Positions 38,507-45,903 of a stretch of DNA of 64,000 nucleotides are shown one piece after another (position 1 is the first letter of the stretch; each line of letters opens with the position of its first letter). Below the pieces are notes generated by a model. It did no database searches and was not told the origin of the DNA. It was given only the letters and a program-made list of their open reading frames with translations. The position numbers were made by a program, and so were the translations under genes. The DNA comes from a virus, in IMG/VR virus record IMGVR_UViG_3300032242_002477, positions 10,581-74,580 of that record; one strand, written 5' to 3'.

Positions 38507-38637
38507 AGTTTATTGCCCCGATTACAGAAACCTACACCCTGACCATGTGACATAAGTCACATATACTAGGCATTTCTCTTCAACAACCCCCTTACGAAGT
38601 AAGTTAGGAGCTGGGTGGGTGGGCTCCAACACAAACA
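38507..38637 (-). repeat. Array element copy 9
   Basis: -10 TAAACT (N17); CCTACACCCT 38531; TGTGA-cataag-TCACA 38546; G-tract motif 38613-38637. Confidence 0.9.
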
Positions 38638-38713
38638 TTTCGCCGCGACACGCCCAACCGCGGACATGCGAAAGCCCCCGCCGTGTGGCAGGGGCTCCGC
38701 ATTTATCCGAGGG

Positions 38714-39118
38714 CTATTCGGAAACCTCGTGTGAGCACTCGATAACTTCCTCGCTATCCGATACCTTTCCGTCTAGTGAGATAACAGAAAGATTGTCGCT
38801 AACCCAATCCTCATCTATTTCATCGCTGGTAGTAATTGAGAATCGAGCCTTGATTAAGACCTCTACTACATAGTCATAACTCAATATAAGACCAAAGATG
38901 CTTGCGATTTCCTGAGTGTGTTCCTCAAGGTTGTCGCGGTTATCTTTGAGATAAGTTTCGAGCGAATCACGCTGACTATATAGGCGCGATAGTGTCTTAA
39001 GATGGTACTGATTAGTACCCTTGAGATTTTCGATTTCGGATTTTAGTGCGTCATACTCGCTGAGAGTAAGAGTTACTTCCATAGCTACTGCTGGTGTTAC
39101 TGGTGTATCTGTATCCAT
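38714..39118 (-). CDS. Cassette gene, acidic coiled-coil hypothetical
   Basis: AAGGGGG RBS before MDTDTP. Confidence 0.7.
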   Translation of the reverse strand: MDTDTPVTPAVAMEVTLTLSEYDALKSEIENLKGTNQYHLKTLSRLYSQRDSLETYLKDNRDNLEEHTQEIASIFGLILSYDYVVEVLIKARFSITTSDEIDEDWVSDNLSVISLDGKVSDSEEVIECSHEVSE

Positions 39119-39165
39119 TGTATAGCCCCCTTGTTTAGTTATAGTCACACTTTGACTATGCCCTA

Positions 39166-39221
39166 AGGCTACACCACCAACACCCCTCGACCTACACCCT
39201 GCTCGTGTGAGCTACCTCACA
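39166..39221 (-). promoter_or_regulatory. Array element copy 10 (promoter half only)
   Basis: -10 TAGCCT; CCTACACCCT 39191; TGTGA-gctacc-TCACA 39206. Confidence 0.85.
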
Positions 39222-39240
39222 TTTACCCCCCGACCCTTAA

Positions 39241-39256
39241 TCGAACAGGTGTTCGA
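39241..39256. promoter_or_regulatory. LexA (SOS) box, actinobacterial type
   Basis: TCGAAC-AGGT-GTTCGA is a perfect match to TCGAAC-N4-GTTCGA and is intergenic. Confidence 0.75.
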
Positions 39257-39296
39257 AAGGGCCACCAGACTTCAGACCCAGGTCATACATAGAAAG

Positions 39297-39779
39297 CTAG
39301 GCAGTAGCCGAGTTTTTGAGCAAATTTGCGCTTTTGCGGATATTGCAGGTTGCGTGGGAGGGCTTTACATTTGAAATAATATTTGGGCCACCTTTGGCTA
39401 AAGGAATTACGTGGTCAAGGTGCAGACCGTACTCCCAGCCTGGTTCACCGCAATTTCGGGTTAATCTCATATCAATTGAGGTATTACAGATATGACACTC
39501 CGTACCCCATAGGTCTAACACGTCTTTAGTAGAAAAATTAACAGACTTAACTTGTCGTAGTCGTGCTCGTGCTTTTCGGTCTTTTCTTCGGTTCCACTCT
39601 GTTTTTTTATGGGGATACCGCTTGTAATAGTCTTTATCTTGTTGTTTATACTTTTCTGGGTCTTTGGCTATTTGAGCGCGTCTATAAGCAGCTGCTATGG
39701 CTTTGCAATCAAGGCACGCTATTTCGTTAAGCTTTTTGCAGCGGTAATAGTCCCCTATAGATACCCCATGTTGGTCCAT
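39297..39779 (-). CDS. HNH endonuclease
   Basis: CHIC...HLDHVIPLAKGG.N..SNVKPSHATCN.RK. Confidence 0.88.
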   Translation of the reverse strand: MDQHGVSIGDYYRCKKLNEIACLDCKAIAAAYRRAQIAKDPEKYKQQDKDYYKRYPHKKTEWNRRKDRKARARLRQVKSVNFSTKDVLDLWGTECHICNTSIDMRLTRNCGEPGWEYGLHLDHVIPLAKGGPNIISNVKPSHATCNIRKSANLLKNSATA

Positions 39780-39852
39780 ATGAAAATAATACTACACTTC
39801 ATAGGCAGTAGCTAAGTTTTGCGGGTGTTGCAGGTTGTGTTAGTATGTGCGT

Positions 39853-40041
39853 ATGGATAAATTACTGTATACCGCTGTTGAGACTGCAAAGATGTTGAAT
39901 GTTTCCAGAGCTACAATTTACGTGCTTATTCGCGAGGGCAAGTTGAAGCCAGTGCATATCGGGCGTTCTATGCGTGTGCATATTGATGAAATTCGCGGGT
40001 TTGTAGATTCGCTTGTTGCTGATTCTGAGGTGACTGTATGA
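39853..40041 (+). CDS. Excisionase-like HTH DNA-binding protein, leaderless
   Basis: LLYTAVETAKMLNVSRATIYVLIREGKL..VHIGRS.R; TAGTAT-N6-ATG. Confidence 0.8.
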   Translation: MDKLLYTAVETAKMLNVSRATIYVLIREGKLKPVHIGRSMRVHIDEIRGFVDSLVADSEVTV

Positions 40042-40508
40042 GAGTTATGAGAGAGTTTTCCGACGGGTATATCGGGTTTACTCAAGGCTCTTTTGACGAG
40101 TGGGCCGTAGTGGTGAAAGTTGCGGGCTTTCCAGAATGGCCTAAGGACTCTTGGTACTTCACAAAGCTTGCAGAGTACGCTCAAGAGCTAGGAGAGGTCG
40201 TCTACAAGGACTTTGTAACTTTATACGAAGTCACAACTAAAGAGGCCTCAGAGAGCATTTTTGACCTGATTTCGGGTATTTCATTCAGATATCCTAAGCC
40301 AAAGGAAGCAGAGGTAATATTCTGTATTCTCTACATGACAATGATTGCAGAAGAGAATAAAGACGGGGCTATCTTGAAAAAACGTATCAAACGCTTAGGA
40401 GTACACCAGATACTGGTCGAGGGTATGGCACCCGAGCTAGCTGCTAACTACTCTCGCGGCAAGAAGTCGGAAGAGCTAGTTATGGAATGTCATTCAAGAG
40501 GATTTTAA
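40038..40508 (+). CDS. Hypothetical protein (DUF7004-like)
   Basis: G.FD.W.V, P.D..YF, MIAEENK..ILKKRIKRLG.HQ.L motifs. Confidence 0.55.
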   Translation: MRVMREFSDGYIGFTQGSFDEWAVVVKVAGFPEWPKDSWYFTKLAEYAQELGEVVYKDFVTLYEVTTKEASESIFDLISGISFRYPKPKEAEVIFCILYMTMIAEENKDGAILKKRIKRLGVHQILVEGMAPELAANYSRGKKSEELVMECHSRGF

Positions 40509-40545
40509 CGAAAAAATTGAAATACCAAATGATGGATAGTAAAGT

Positions 40546-40935
40546 ATCCAAGCCATAGAGAAGGAGTTAGAGAGGTGATGTAGGTGGAGATTAAAGAACT
40601 TATTGGCATATTTGATGCCTCTAAAAGGACTTATAGGAACGATTGATGCATTACCGAAGACTTTAGGTCATAATTGATGCGGTGACTTATCAGCGAAAAT
40701 CGGGTAGCCATGTATTATACCTGCCCAACGATTCAAGCCATAGAGAAGGAGTTGAAATGAGAGGGATATGCGATGTTTCAAATTGTTCCATTCCAGATGA
40801 ATCAAGAAAAATCCATGAAGATTTTGAAGTTCTGGACAGAAATGTCTGTTGGGAATGTGGTGAAAGAATCAAAAAAACTGTTGAAAACCACATGGCAAAT
40901 TTTTTGAATGTCATCCAAGCCATAGAAAAGGAGTT
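40546..40935 (+). repeat. Three 23-bp direct repeats AT(C/T)CAAGCCATAGA(G/A)AAGGAGTT
   Basis: Copies at 40546, 40731 and 40913; each encodes IQAIEKEL and contains AAGGAG. Confidence 0.85.
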
Positions 40936-40942
40936 AAAATGA
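40757..40942 (+). CDS. Small zinc-binding protein ending IQAIEKELK
   Basis: C....C...CWEC; RBS supplied by repeat 2. Confidence 0.6.
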   Translation: MRGICDVSNCSIPDESRKIHEDFEVLDRNVCWECGERIKKTVENHMANFLNVIQAIEKELK

Positions 40943-41276
40943 AATCTTACACAAAGCGTTTAATTAAAAATGAAAAGATATGGGTTCATGCAGGGTGGTG
41001 TAAACAAATTGCGCTTAGCATAAAGATTACACCCTGGAGTTTTGATATTGATATTCTTTGTTTTTTTATTGCAGTGGAGTACTAATGACACAATGTGATT
41101 CATGCGGAAGCACGCTTAATAGTACTGTTAGTCTTCATACTAATAAGTGCATTTTTTGCGATAGCGAGGCCCCCATCAAAAATTCTGGTGTACTGTCAGA
41201 TGTCGCGGCGGAAAAAGAAGAAGATTAATTCTCTCTTTGGTGCACTTACTCAGCACCTCTTTGATATTTTTATCCT

Positions 41277-41510
41277 ATGTTTATGATGTGGTTGCAGGAC
41301 CAAGAAGACAGAACAGATTCAACAGGAAGATTTGCTAGATTAGTTACAGACGATAAAAACAATGGGTGCTCTGGGCCTATCAAAACACCCGATGAACTAC
41401 TAACGCATTTTTTTAACAAACATGCCAAGGTATATAAAATTTTACGAGAAAACCTTGTAGTAGTTTATAAAGAATATGCCGCGCTTAACAATAAATTCCC
41501 CTTAATATAG
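41277..41510 (+). CDS. YozE-like small protein
   Basis: F..WL..Q.DR.D..G.FA..V..D pattern. Confidence 0.45.
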   Translation: MFMMWLQDQEDRTDSTGRFARLVTDDKNNGCSGPIKTPDELLTHFFNKHAKVYKILRENLVVVYKEYAALNNKFPLI

Positions 41511-41524
41511 GAGAGAATAAGACC

Positions 41525-42196
41525 ATGGCAAAACCTCGTAAACCCCGCGCTGCTCGTCCTGCAAGAAGCGGACGGGGCAATCCTACTATAGGTAGGACCG
41601 CACAAGACAAACTTGTTTCTCCAGAGCGCATGCTTGGCCGTATTCGTCGGCCAGGTGAGTATGACGAGAGCCGCGAAGAGAACGAATATGGCAATACAGT
41701 TGATTTTGCCGATGCCAAAATGCGTCGTGAAGCTGGAGAAGGCGTAAACCGATACCCAGGAAAGTGCGTTCACTGCTCTAAGAGTATTGCAGTTGGAATG
41801 GGAGAACCTATTCATCGCGACGATGTTCCTGCCGAAAAATTGCGCGGAAAAGGCGAATGGCATGTTCAATGCGCTGGCGCATCATGCCTTAATAAAAAGG
41901 GAAATGTAAAAGGCCCAGCAACTCAAGATGTACCTGTTGCTCAAGGAACTGTCGGTAAAAAAGTTCCAATTGGTAAGGCGGGCGGAGCACATCACGCTGT
42001 TCACGTGCACGATAGCCAGGGAGTTTGGCAAGGTTCACTTAGCTGGCATCCTCGTTCAGGAGTCATTCAAAGTATTGATATTAACCCAGACCACCCAAAT
42101 CCAGATGTCGTACATAATCGTTTAATGCAGGACGCGCTCTCTATGTCAAATCAACGCGGATTATCAACTCCAAGAAATAGAGGCTTAAATCCATGA
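41525..42196 (+). CDS. Hypothetical protein
   Basis: AGGAG RBS; RYPGKCVHC...W.H..C. Confidence 0.6.
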   Translation: MAKPRKPRAARPARSGRGNPTIGRTAQDKLVSPERMLGRIRRPGEYDESREENEYGNTVDFADAKMRREAGEGVNRYPGKCVHCSKSIAVGMGEPIHRDDVPAEKLRGKGEWHVQCAGASCLNKKGNVKGPATQDVPVAQGTVGKKVPIGKAGGAHHAVHVHDSQGVWQGSLSWHPRSGVIQSIDINPDHPNPDVVHNRLMQDALSMSNQRGLSTPRNRGLNP

Positions 42197-42453
42197 GTGA
42201 TTCCCCACACGAACCAGTACAGGCTGGATTAGTAGGAAAGCCTGATACTAGTAATGTGCGTCCTGTAAATAGGCGCGAAATGGATGTGCGCCGTAAATTG
42301 CGTAACTCCACAGACCCAATTGATGTATCTGTGTATGAGGACCCGACCTCTCGCAAGAGGCATGTAGACCAAGAAATGGCTAAACCAGAACCTCGTCAAA
42401 GCGTATTTGATAAAGCTCTGGACTACTTAGGATTGTCGGAGAACCCTAACTAA
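42193..42453 (+). CDS. Hypothetical protein
   Basis: Coupled ORF. Confidence 0.55.
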   Translation: MSDSPHEPVQAGLVGKPDTSNVRPVNRREMDVRRKLRNSTDPIDVSVYEDPTSRKRHVDQEMAKPEPRQSVFDKALDYLGLSENPN

Positions 42454-42827
42454 TGGCAAAATCAAAACGTAAATCAGGTAACTTGGGCTCACTTCAAAAC
42501 CAGTATCACAAAGATTCTGTTGATTATATGCTTTCTAAAACTGGTGGGCGAGTACCTTCTGGCAAAGAAGCTACAGCGTTAGACCAAGAGTGGGCAGCAT
42601 CTAGAACCCGCGAATTTGCTGTAGGTCAAGGTATTGACCACCAGATTAACTACGAAGCATTAATGCAAGAAGTTCCTGGCAAAGCTCCTTCTACAAGTTC
42701 TAAAACAAAAAAAGAAATTGCAAAAACTGGTGAAGAACAGGGTCGAGAAGCGCAAGCTCAGGAACCTTATCTTGCAGATAATATTTACAAAAACGATTTA
42801 GGATACGTTAATCGTGCACCCAACTGA
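42453..42827 (+). CDS. Hypothetical protein
   Basis: Coupled ORF. Confidence 0.55.
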   Translation: MAKSKRKSGNLGSLQNQYHKDSVDYMLSKTGGRVPSGKEATALDQEWAASRTREFAVGQGIDHQINYEALMQEVPGKAPSTSSKTKKEIAKTGEEQGREAQAQEPYLADNIYKNDLGYVNRAPN

Positions 42828-43026
42828 CGGACAGTTTGATGAGTACGCACTTCCAGGTGATGAGCCTCTAAGACACCAATGGGATACAAACGTGCAGTTT
42901 GACTGGTACCGCCATCTTCCCAAAGAAAAGCAACAAGAGCTAAGTCCCGAAGGAGACCACGCAAAGGCGTGGGAAAAACACACTCGTATGCTTGATTTAG
43001 AGCACCGAGCTGAAAGCGAAGAATGA
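42814..43026 (+). CDS. Small hypothetical protein with N-terminal GQF motif
   Basis: MHPTDGQFD. Confidence 0.5.
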   Translation: MHPTDGQFDEYALPGDEPLRHQWDTNVQFDWYRHLPKEKQQELSPEGDHAKAWEKHTRMLDLEHRAESEE

Positions 43027-43256
43027 CAGACCCAGCCACAGGTCGTGACCGATTAACACGAGCTTTAGGAGAGTTTACACCTCGTCGTGGCGTTAGGACT
43101 GACGGTTCCCGTAATAAGGCCTTTACAGGTAACAGCGATGACCGCATGATTAACAATGGACTTATCTCTGGGCCCCGTCAAAGCTTTCAACGCTACAATG
43201 TAGGCAAGAATGCAACTGACGCAATAAATAGGGGCAAACCTACACTGGAGAGATAA
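43023..43256 (+). CDS. Hypothetical protein
   Basis: ATGA-coupled ORF. Confidence 0.5.
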   Translation: MTDPATGRDRLTRALGEFTPRRGVRTDGSRNKAFTGNSDDRMINNGLISGPRQSFQRYNVGKNATDAINRGKPTLER

Positions 43257-43706
43257 ATGCTTGAGATACTTCCAATGCCGAATGATGACTTGGTTATAGA
43301 GACTGTCTCCAGATGGAACGCGGATTTTTGGAAAGAACAAGGTGCAGAGCTCAGCACTCAGATAAAACATTATAAAGAGCTATTAAGTTCTGATGATAAT
43401 GTTTTTGCCCTTGTCGCCTATTATGACGGGATTTTGGCGGGTTCAATTTGCTTAGAAAAGCAAAATGGTATTTATTTAGGCGCAGGGTTATTTGTACCCA
43501 AAGAAATGAGAAAACATAGAGTTGGTCTGTCTTTAATAGAGGCAATGAAATCCCACGCTGCTAAACTTGGCGTAGACAAGATTTATGTTTGGACGCCTAA
43601 TTTGACTCGTTTATATACGTATTATGGTTGGGTAGTTATTCAAGAAAAAACAGAACATCTTGGTATGCTAGTAGACATACTAGTTTTAAATATTAAAGGA
43701 GAATAA
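43257..43706 (+). CDS. GNAT acetyltransferase
   Basis: GLFVPKEMRKHRVGLSLI (motif A); LY..YGW. Confidence 0.8.
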   Translation: MLEILPMPNDDLVIETVSRWNADFWKEQGAELSTQIKHYKELLSSDDNVFALVAYYDGILAGSICLEKQNGIYLGAGLFVPKEMRKHRVGLSLIEAMKSHAAKLGVDKIYVWTPNLTRLYTYYGWVVIQEKTEHLGMLVDILVLNIKGE

Positions 43707-43707
43707 A

Positions 43708-43995
43708 ATGCCATTTTTAGCAGCGGCAGCGCCAGAACTACTCGCAGTAGGTGCAGGAGCTGGTGAGGCAGCGGCAGGTGGCGCAGCGGTAGCAGGGGAA
43801 GCGGGGGCGGCTACCGAAGGTGCAGCTGGAGCCGCGGAAGAAACGGCAGGTAGCCGTTCAGATGAGTTTAATAACGCAAAAGATGAACAGAAAAAAAACA
43901 ATCAACAAAAACGCGAATCTGATAATAGTGGTGGAATAACTGTTGCTGGCATGCCTGTTGTTCCAAATATGGCAGAGTATTATAGTAAAAACTAA
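43708..43995 (+). CDS. Ala/Gly-rich hypothetical protein
   Basis: AAGGAG RBS. Confidence 0.55.
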   Translation: MPFLAAAAPELLAVGAGAGEAAAGGAAVAGEAGAATEGAAGAAEETAGSRSDEFNNAKDEQKKNNQQKRESDNSGGITVAGMPVVPNMAEYYSKN

Positions 43996-44171
43996 TGAAG
44001 CCAAATAGTATTCAATTTAAAGTTGATGGTGAAGAGCATGTGGTTGACAAGCACGGCAATAAGTACAAAGTTCACCACCCAGGCAAGAAAAATAAAACTT
44101 ATACATTAGACGCTAATTCTTTGTCGGAAGCTAAAAATGCTGTAAAGGAGTGGCACAAAAAAAATGGCTGA
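43995..44171 (+). CDS. 58 aa hypothetical protein (MKPNSIQFK...)
   Basis: Absent from the ORF track; TAATG-coupled. Confidence 0.55.
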   Translation: MKPNSIQFKVDGEEHVVDKHGNKYKVHHPGKKNKTYTLDANSLSEAKNAVKEWHKKNG

Positions 44172-44472
44172 ATCACCAGCATGGCAACGTAAAGAAGGTA
44201 AGAACCCAAAGGGTGGCTTAAACGCTAAAGGCCGCGCATCGGCTAAGGCAGAAGGCCATAACTTGAAAGCTCCTGTTAAGTCAGGAGATAATCCGCGTCG
44301 TGCATCGTTCCTAGCACGTATGGGACACGCATCTGGCCCAGAACATAAACCAAACGGCGAACCAACTCGTTTGCTACTATCATTGCAGGCATGGGGAGCT
44401 TCCTCTAAAGCTGATGCCGTAGCAAAAGCTGCTGCTATTTCTAAAAGAAATAAAGGTAAGGATAAGAAATGA
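44164..44472 (+). CDS. Basic phage protein (DUF6321-like)
   Basis: GGLNAKGR...LKAPVKSGDNPRRASFLARM. Confidence 0.65.
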   Translation: MAESPAWQRKEGKNPKGGLNAKGRASAKAEGHNLKAPVKSGDNPRRASFLARMGHASGPEHKPNGEPTRLLLSLQAWGASSKADAVAKAAAISKRNKGKDKK

Positions 44473-44660
44473 CAAAAGAAAAACCAGTATGGGATAAAAA
44501 AGACCCTGACAAGGGAAAGCATACAAAGTTAAGTAAGTCACAGAAATCATCTGCTCGAGCAAAAGCTAAAGCAGCTGGGCGCCCTTACCCAAATCTTATT
44601 GATAATATGGCTGTGGCGAAGAAAAACAAACCTCCTAAAAATACAGGTAAAACAACATGA
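44469..44660 (+). CDS. Small basic phage protein
   Basis: AKAAGRPYPNLIDNM. Confidence 0.6.
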   Translation: MTKEKPVWDKKDPDKGKHTKLSKSQKSSARAKAKAAGRPYPNLIDNMAVAKKNKPPKNTGKTT

Positions 44661-45055
44661 GCGCCGAAGATAACCTTATCCCTAGACAATTTAATCCTCT
44701 AGAAAAAACTGCTGGATTTGAAAATCCACATGGTAAATGGTCATTTAAAGTTGGGGATATTGTTAATATGGCTGCTAGTAAAGGTGAGTTAAATACCTTT
44801 AATCCTCAGATATTTGCCCCTCAACTAGAAGGACGTCTAGGAGAGAGCACAGAAGAAAATAGAACACGAACCAATGCGGTAGATATGAGCCACCCTATTG
44901 TTGTACTTAAACATCCAGATGATACACATAGCCTCCTTGATGGAACCCACAGAGTCCAAAATGCTTTGGAAAAGGGTATGGAAAGCATTAATGCACGAGT
45001 AGTGACTCATAAAGACATGCAACCATGGCAAAAAAGAAGAAAAAATAATGGCTAA
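44657..45055 (+). CDS. ParB/Srx-like domain protein
   Basis: HPIVV....SLLDGTHRV..A; N-terminus MSAEDNLIPRQF. Confidence 0.7.
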   Translation: MSAEDNLIPRQFNPLEKTAGFENPHGKWSFKVGDIVNMAASKGELNTFNPQIFAPQLEGRLGESTEENRTRTNAVDMSHPIVVLKHPDDTHSLLDGTHRVQNALEKGMESINARVVTHKDMQPWQKRRKNNG

Positions 45056-45108
45056 AATTAATCGACCATCACGTGCTTCTGGACAACGTAGTAGAAGGAG
45101 AGCACTTC

Positions 45109-45864
45109 GTGGGTAAAAACAAGTTTAGTCAGCCTGCTTTGCCAGGTATGCCTCGTCCTAGAGACCTCATGACTCCTGAAGCACGTTACCCTCGCGGGTA
45201 TACCCCTGAACGTCAACGCGCTATTTCAGATGCGTTTAAAAATACTCATGTAGGTGGTACGATTAATCCAGATAATCCCGACCCTTCATTTCCAAAAGAT
45301 ATTAGAAAGTTAAGAGCTTTAGCTATTGATTCGGTAGCAAATAGTAAAATACAACCAGAACAATTACAAGGCATACACTCAATAAATTTTAATGAAGGTG
45401 ATGAAAAAAACACGAATATGGATGAAAACGAGATGGGCAATTATAGGGGCGGAATTATAAATATTCGAGGTAGCATGACAGGAGTCGAAAGAAATGAAGG
45501 CGCATCTAATTTACGCCATGAAATTGGGCATCATGCTACTCTAGGCACGGTGCCACCGAATGGCACAGATACAAATAGGGGACTTCGTGAAGGTGTTGCA
45601 GATGAGTTTGCTCAAACAACTGAAAATAAAATTCATAGAGGGGCCCCCTCAAGATTACCAAATCAACGTACTTATGTTCGTCGAGCATTGCGGGGAACTT
45701 CTTTCGGTGGTGAACATAAAGACTGGAGTGAAGGTTATTTTCAAGGCCGTGCTCCTGGAAGAAGAGAAGAATTTATAAAATCTTTAAAACCAGGTGACTA
45801 TAGCGATAAATTTGCTGATGCTAATAATCTTGGTGTGCAATTAGCATTGCCAGGTATGGAATAA
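45109..45864 (+). CDS. Zincin-like metallopeptidase-domain protein
   Basis: LRHEIGHH and EGVADEFA; GTG start after AAGGAG; QPALPGM near the N-terminus and QLALPGME at the C-terminus. Confidence 0.6.
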   Translation: MGKNKFSQPALPGMPRPRDLMTPEARYPRGYTPERQRAISDAFKNTHVGGTINPDNPDPSFPKDIRKLRALAIDSVANSKIQPEQLQGIHSINFNEGDEKNTNMDENEMGNYRGGIINIRGSMTGVERNEGASNLRHEIGHHATLGTVPPNGTDTNRGLREGVADEFAQTTENKIHRGAPSRLPNQRTYVRRALRGTSFGGEHKDWSEGYFQGRAPGRREEFIKSLKPGDYSDKFADANNLGVQLALPGME

Positions 45865-45903
45865 GATTGCAAAGAAAACCGCCGTCTACAGAAAAGATAA
45901 ATA

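Noticed and set aside
32350-39221. CRISPR array interpretation of the repeats (a Cas4-like gene is present at 12410)
   Set aside because: The intervening segments are 0.5-1.2 kb and contain genes, and the repeats are gapped motifs. The Cas4-like gene is a solo nuclease in the recombination block, with no cas1 or cas2.
32674-39221. Classical integron (attC) array
   Set aside because: No RYYYAAC...GTTRRRY attC structure is evident, no IntI is present in the window, and the cassettes carry their own promoters.
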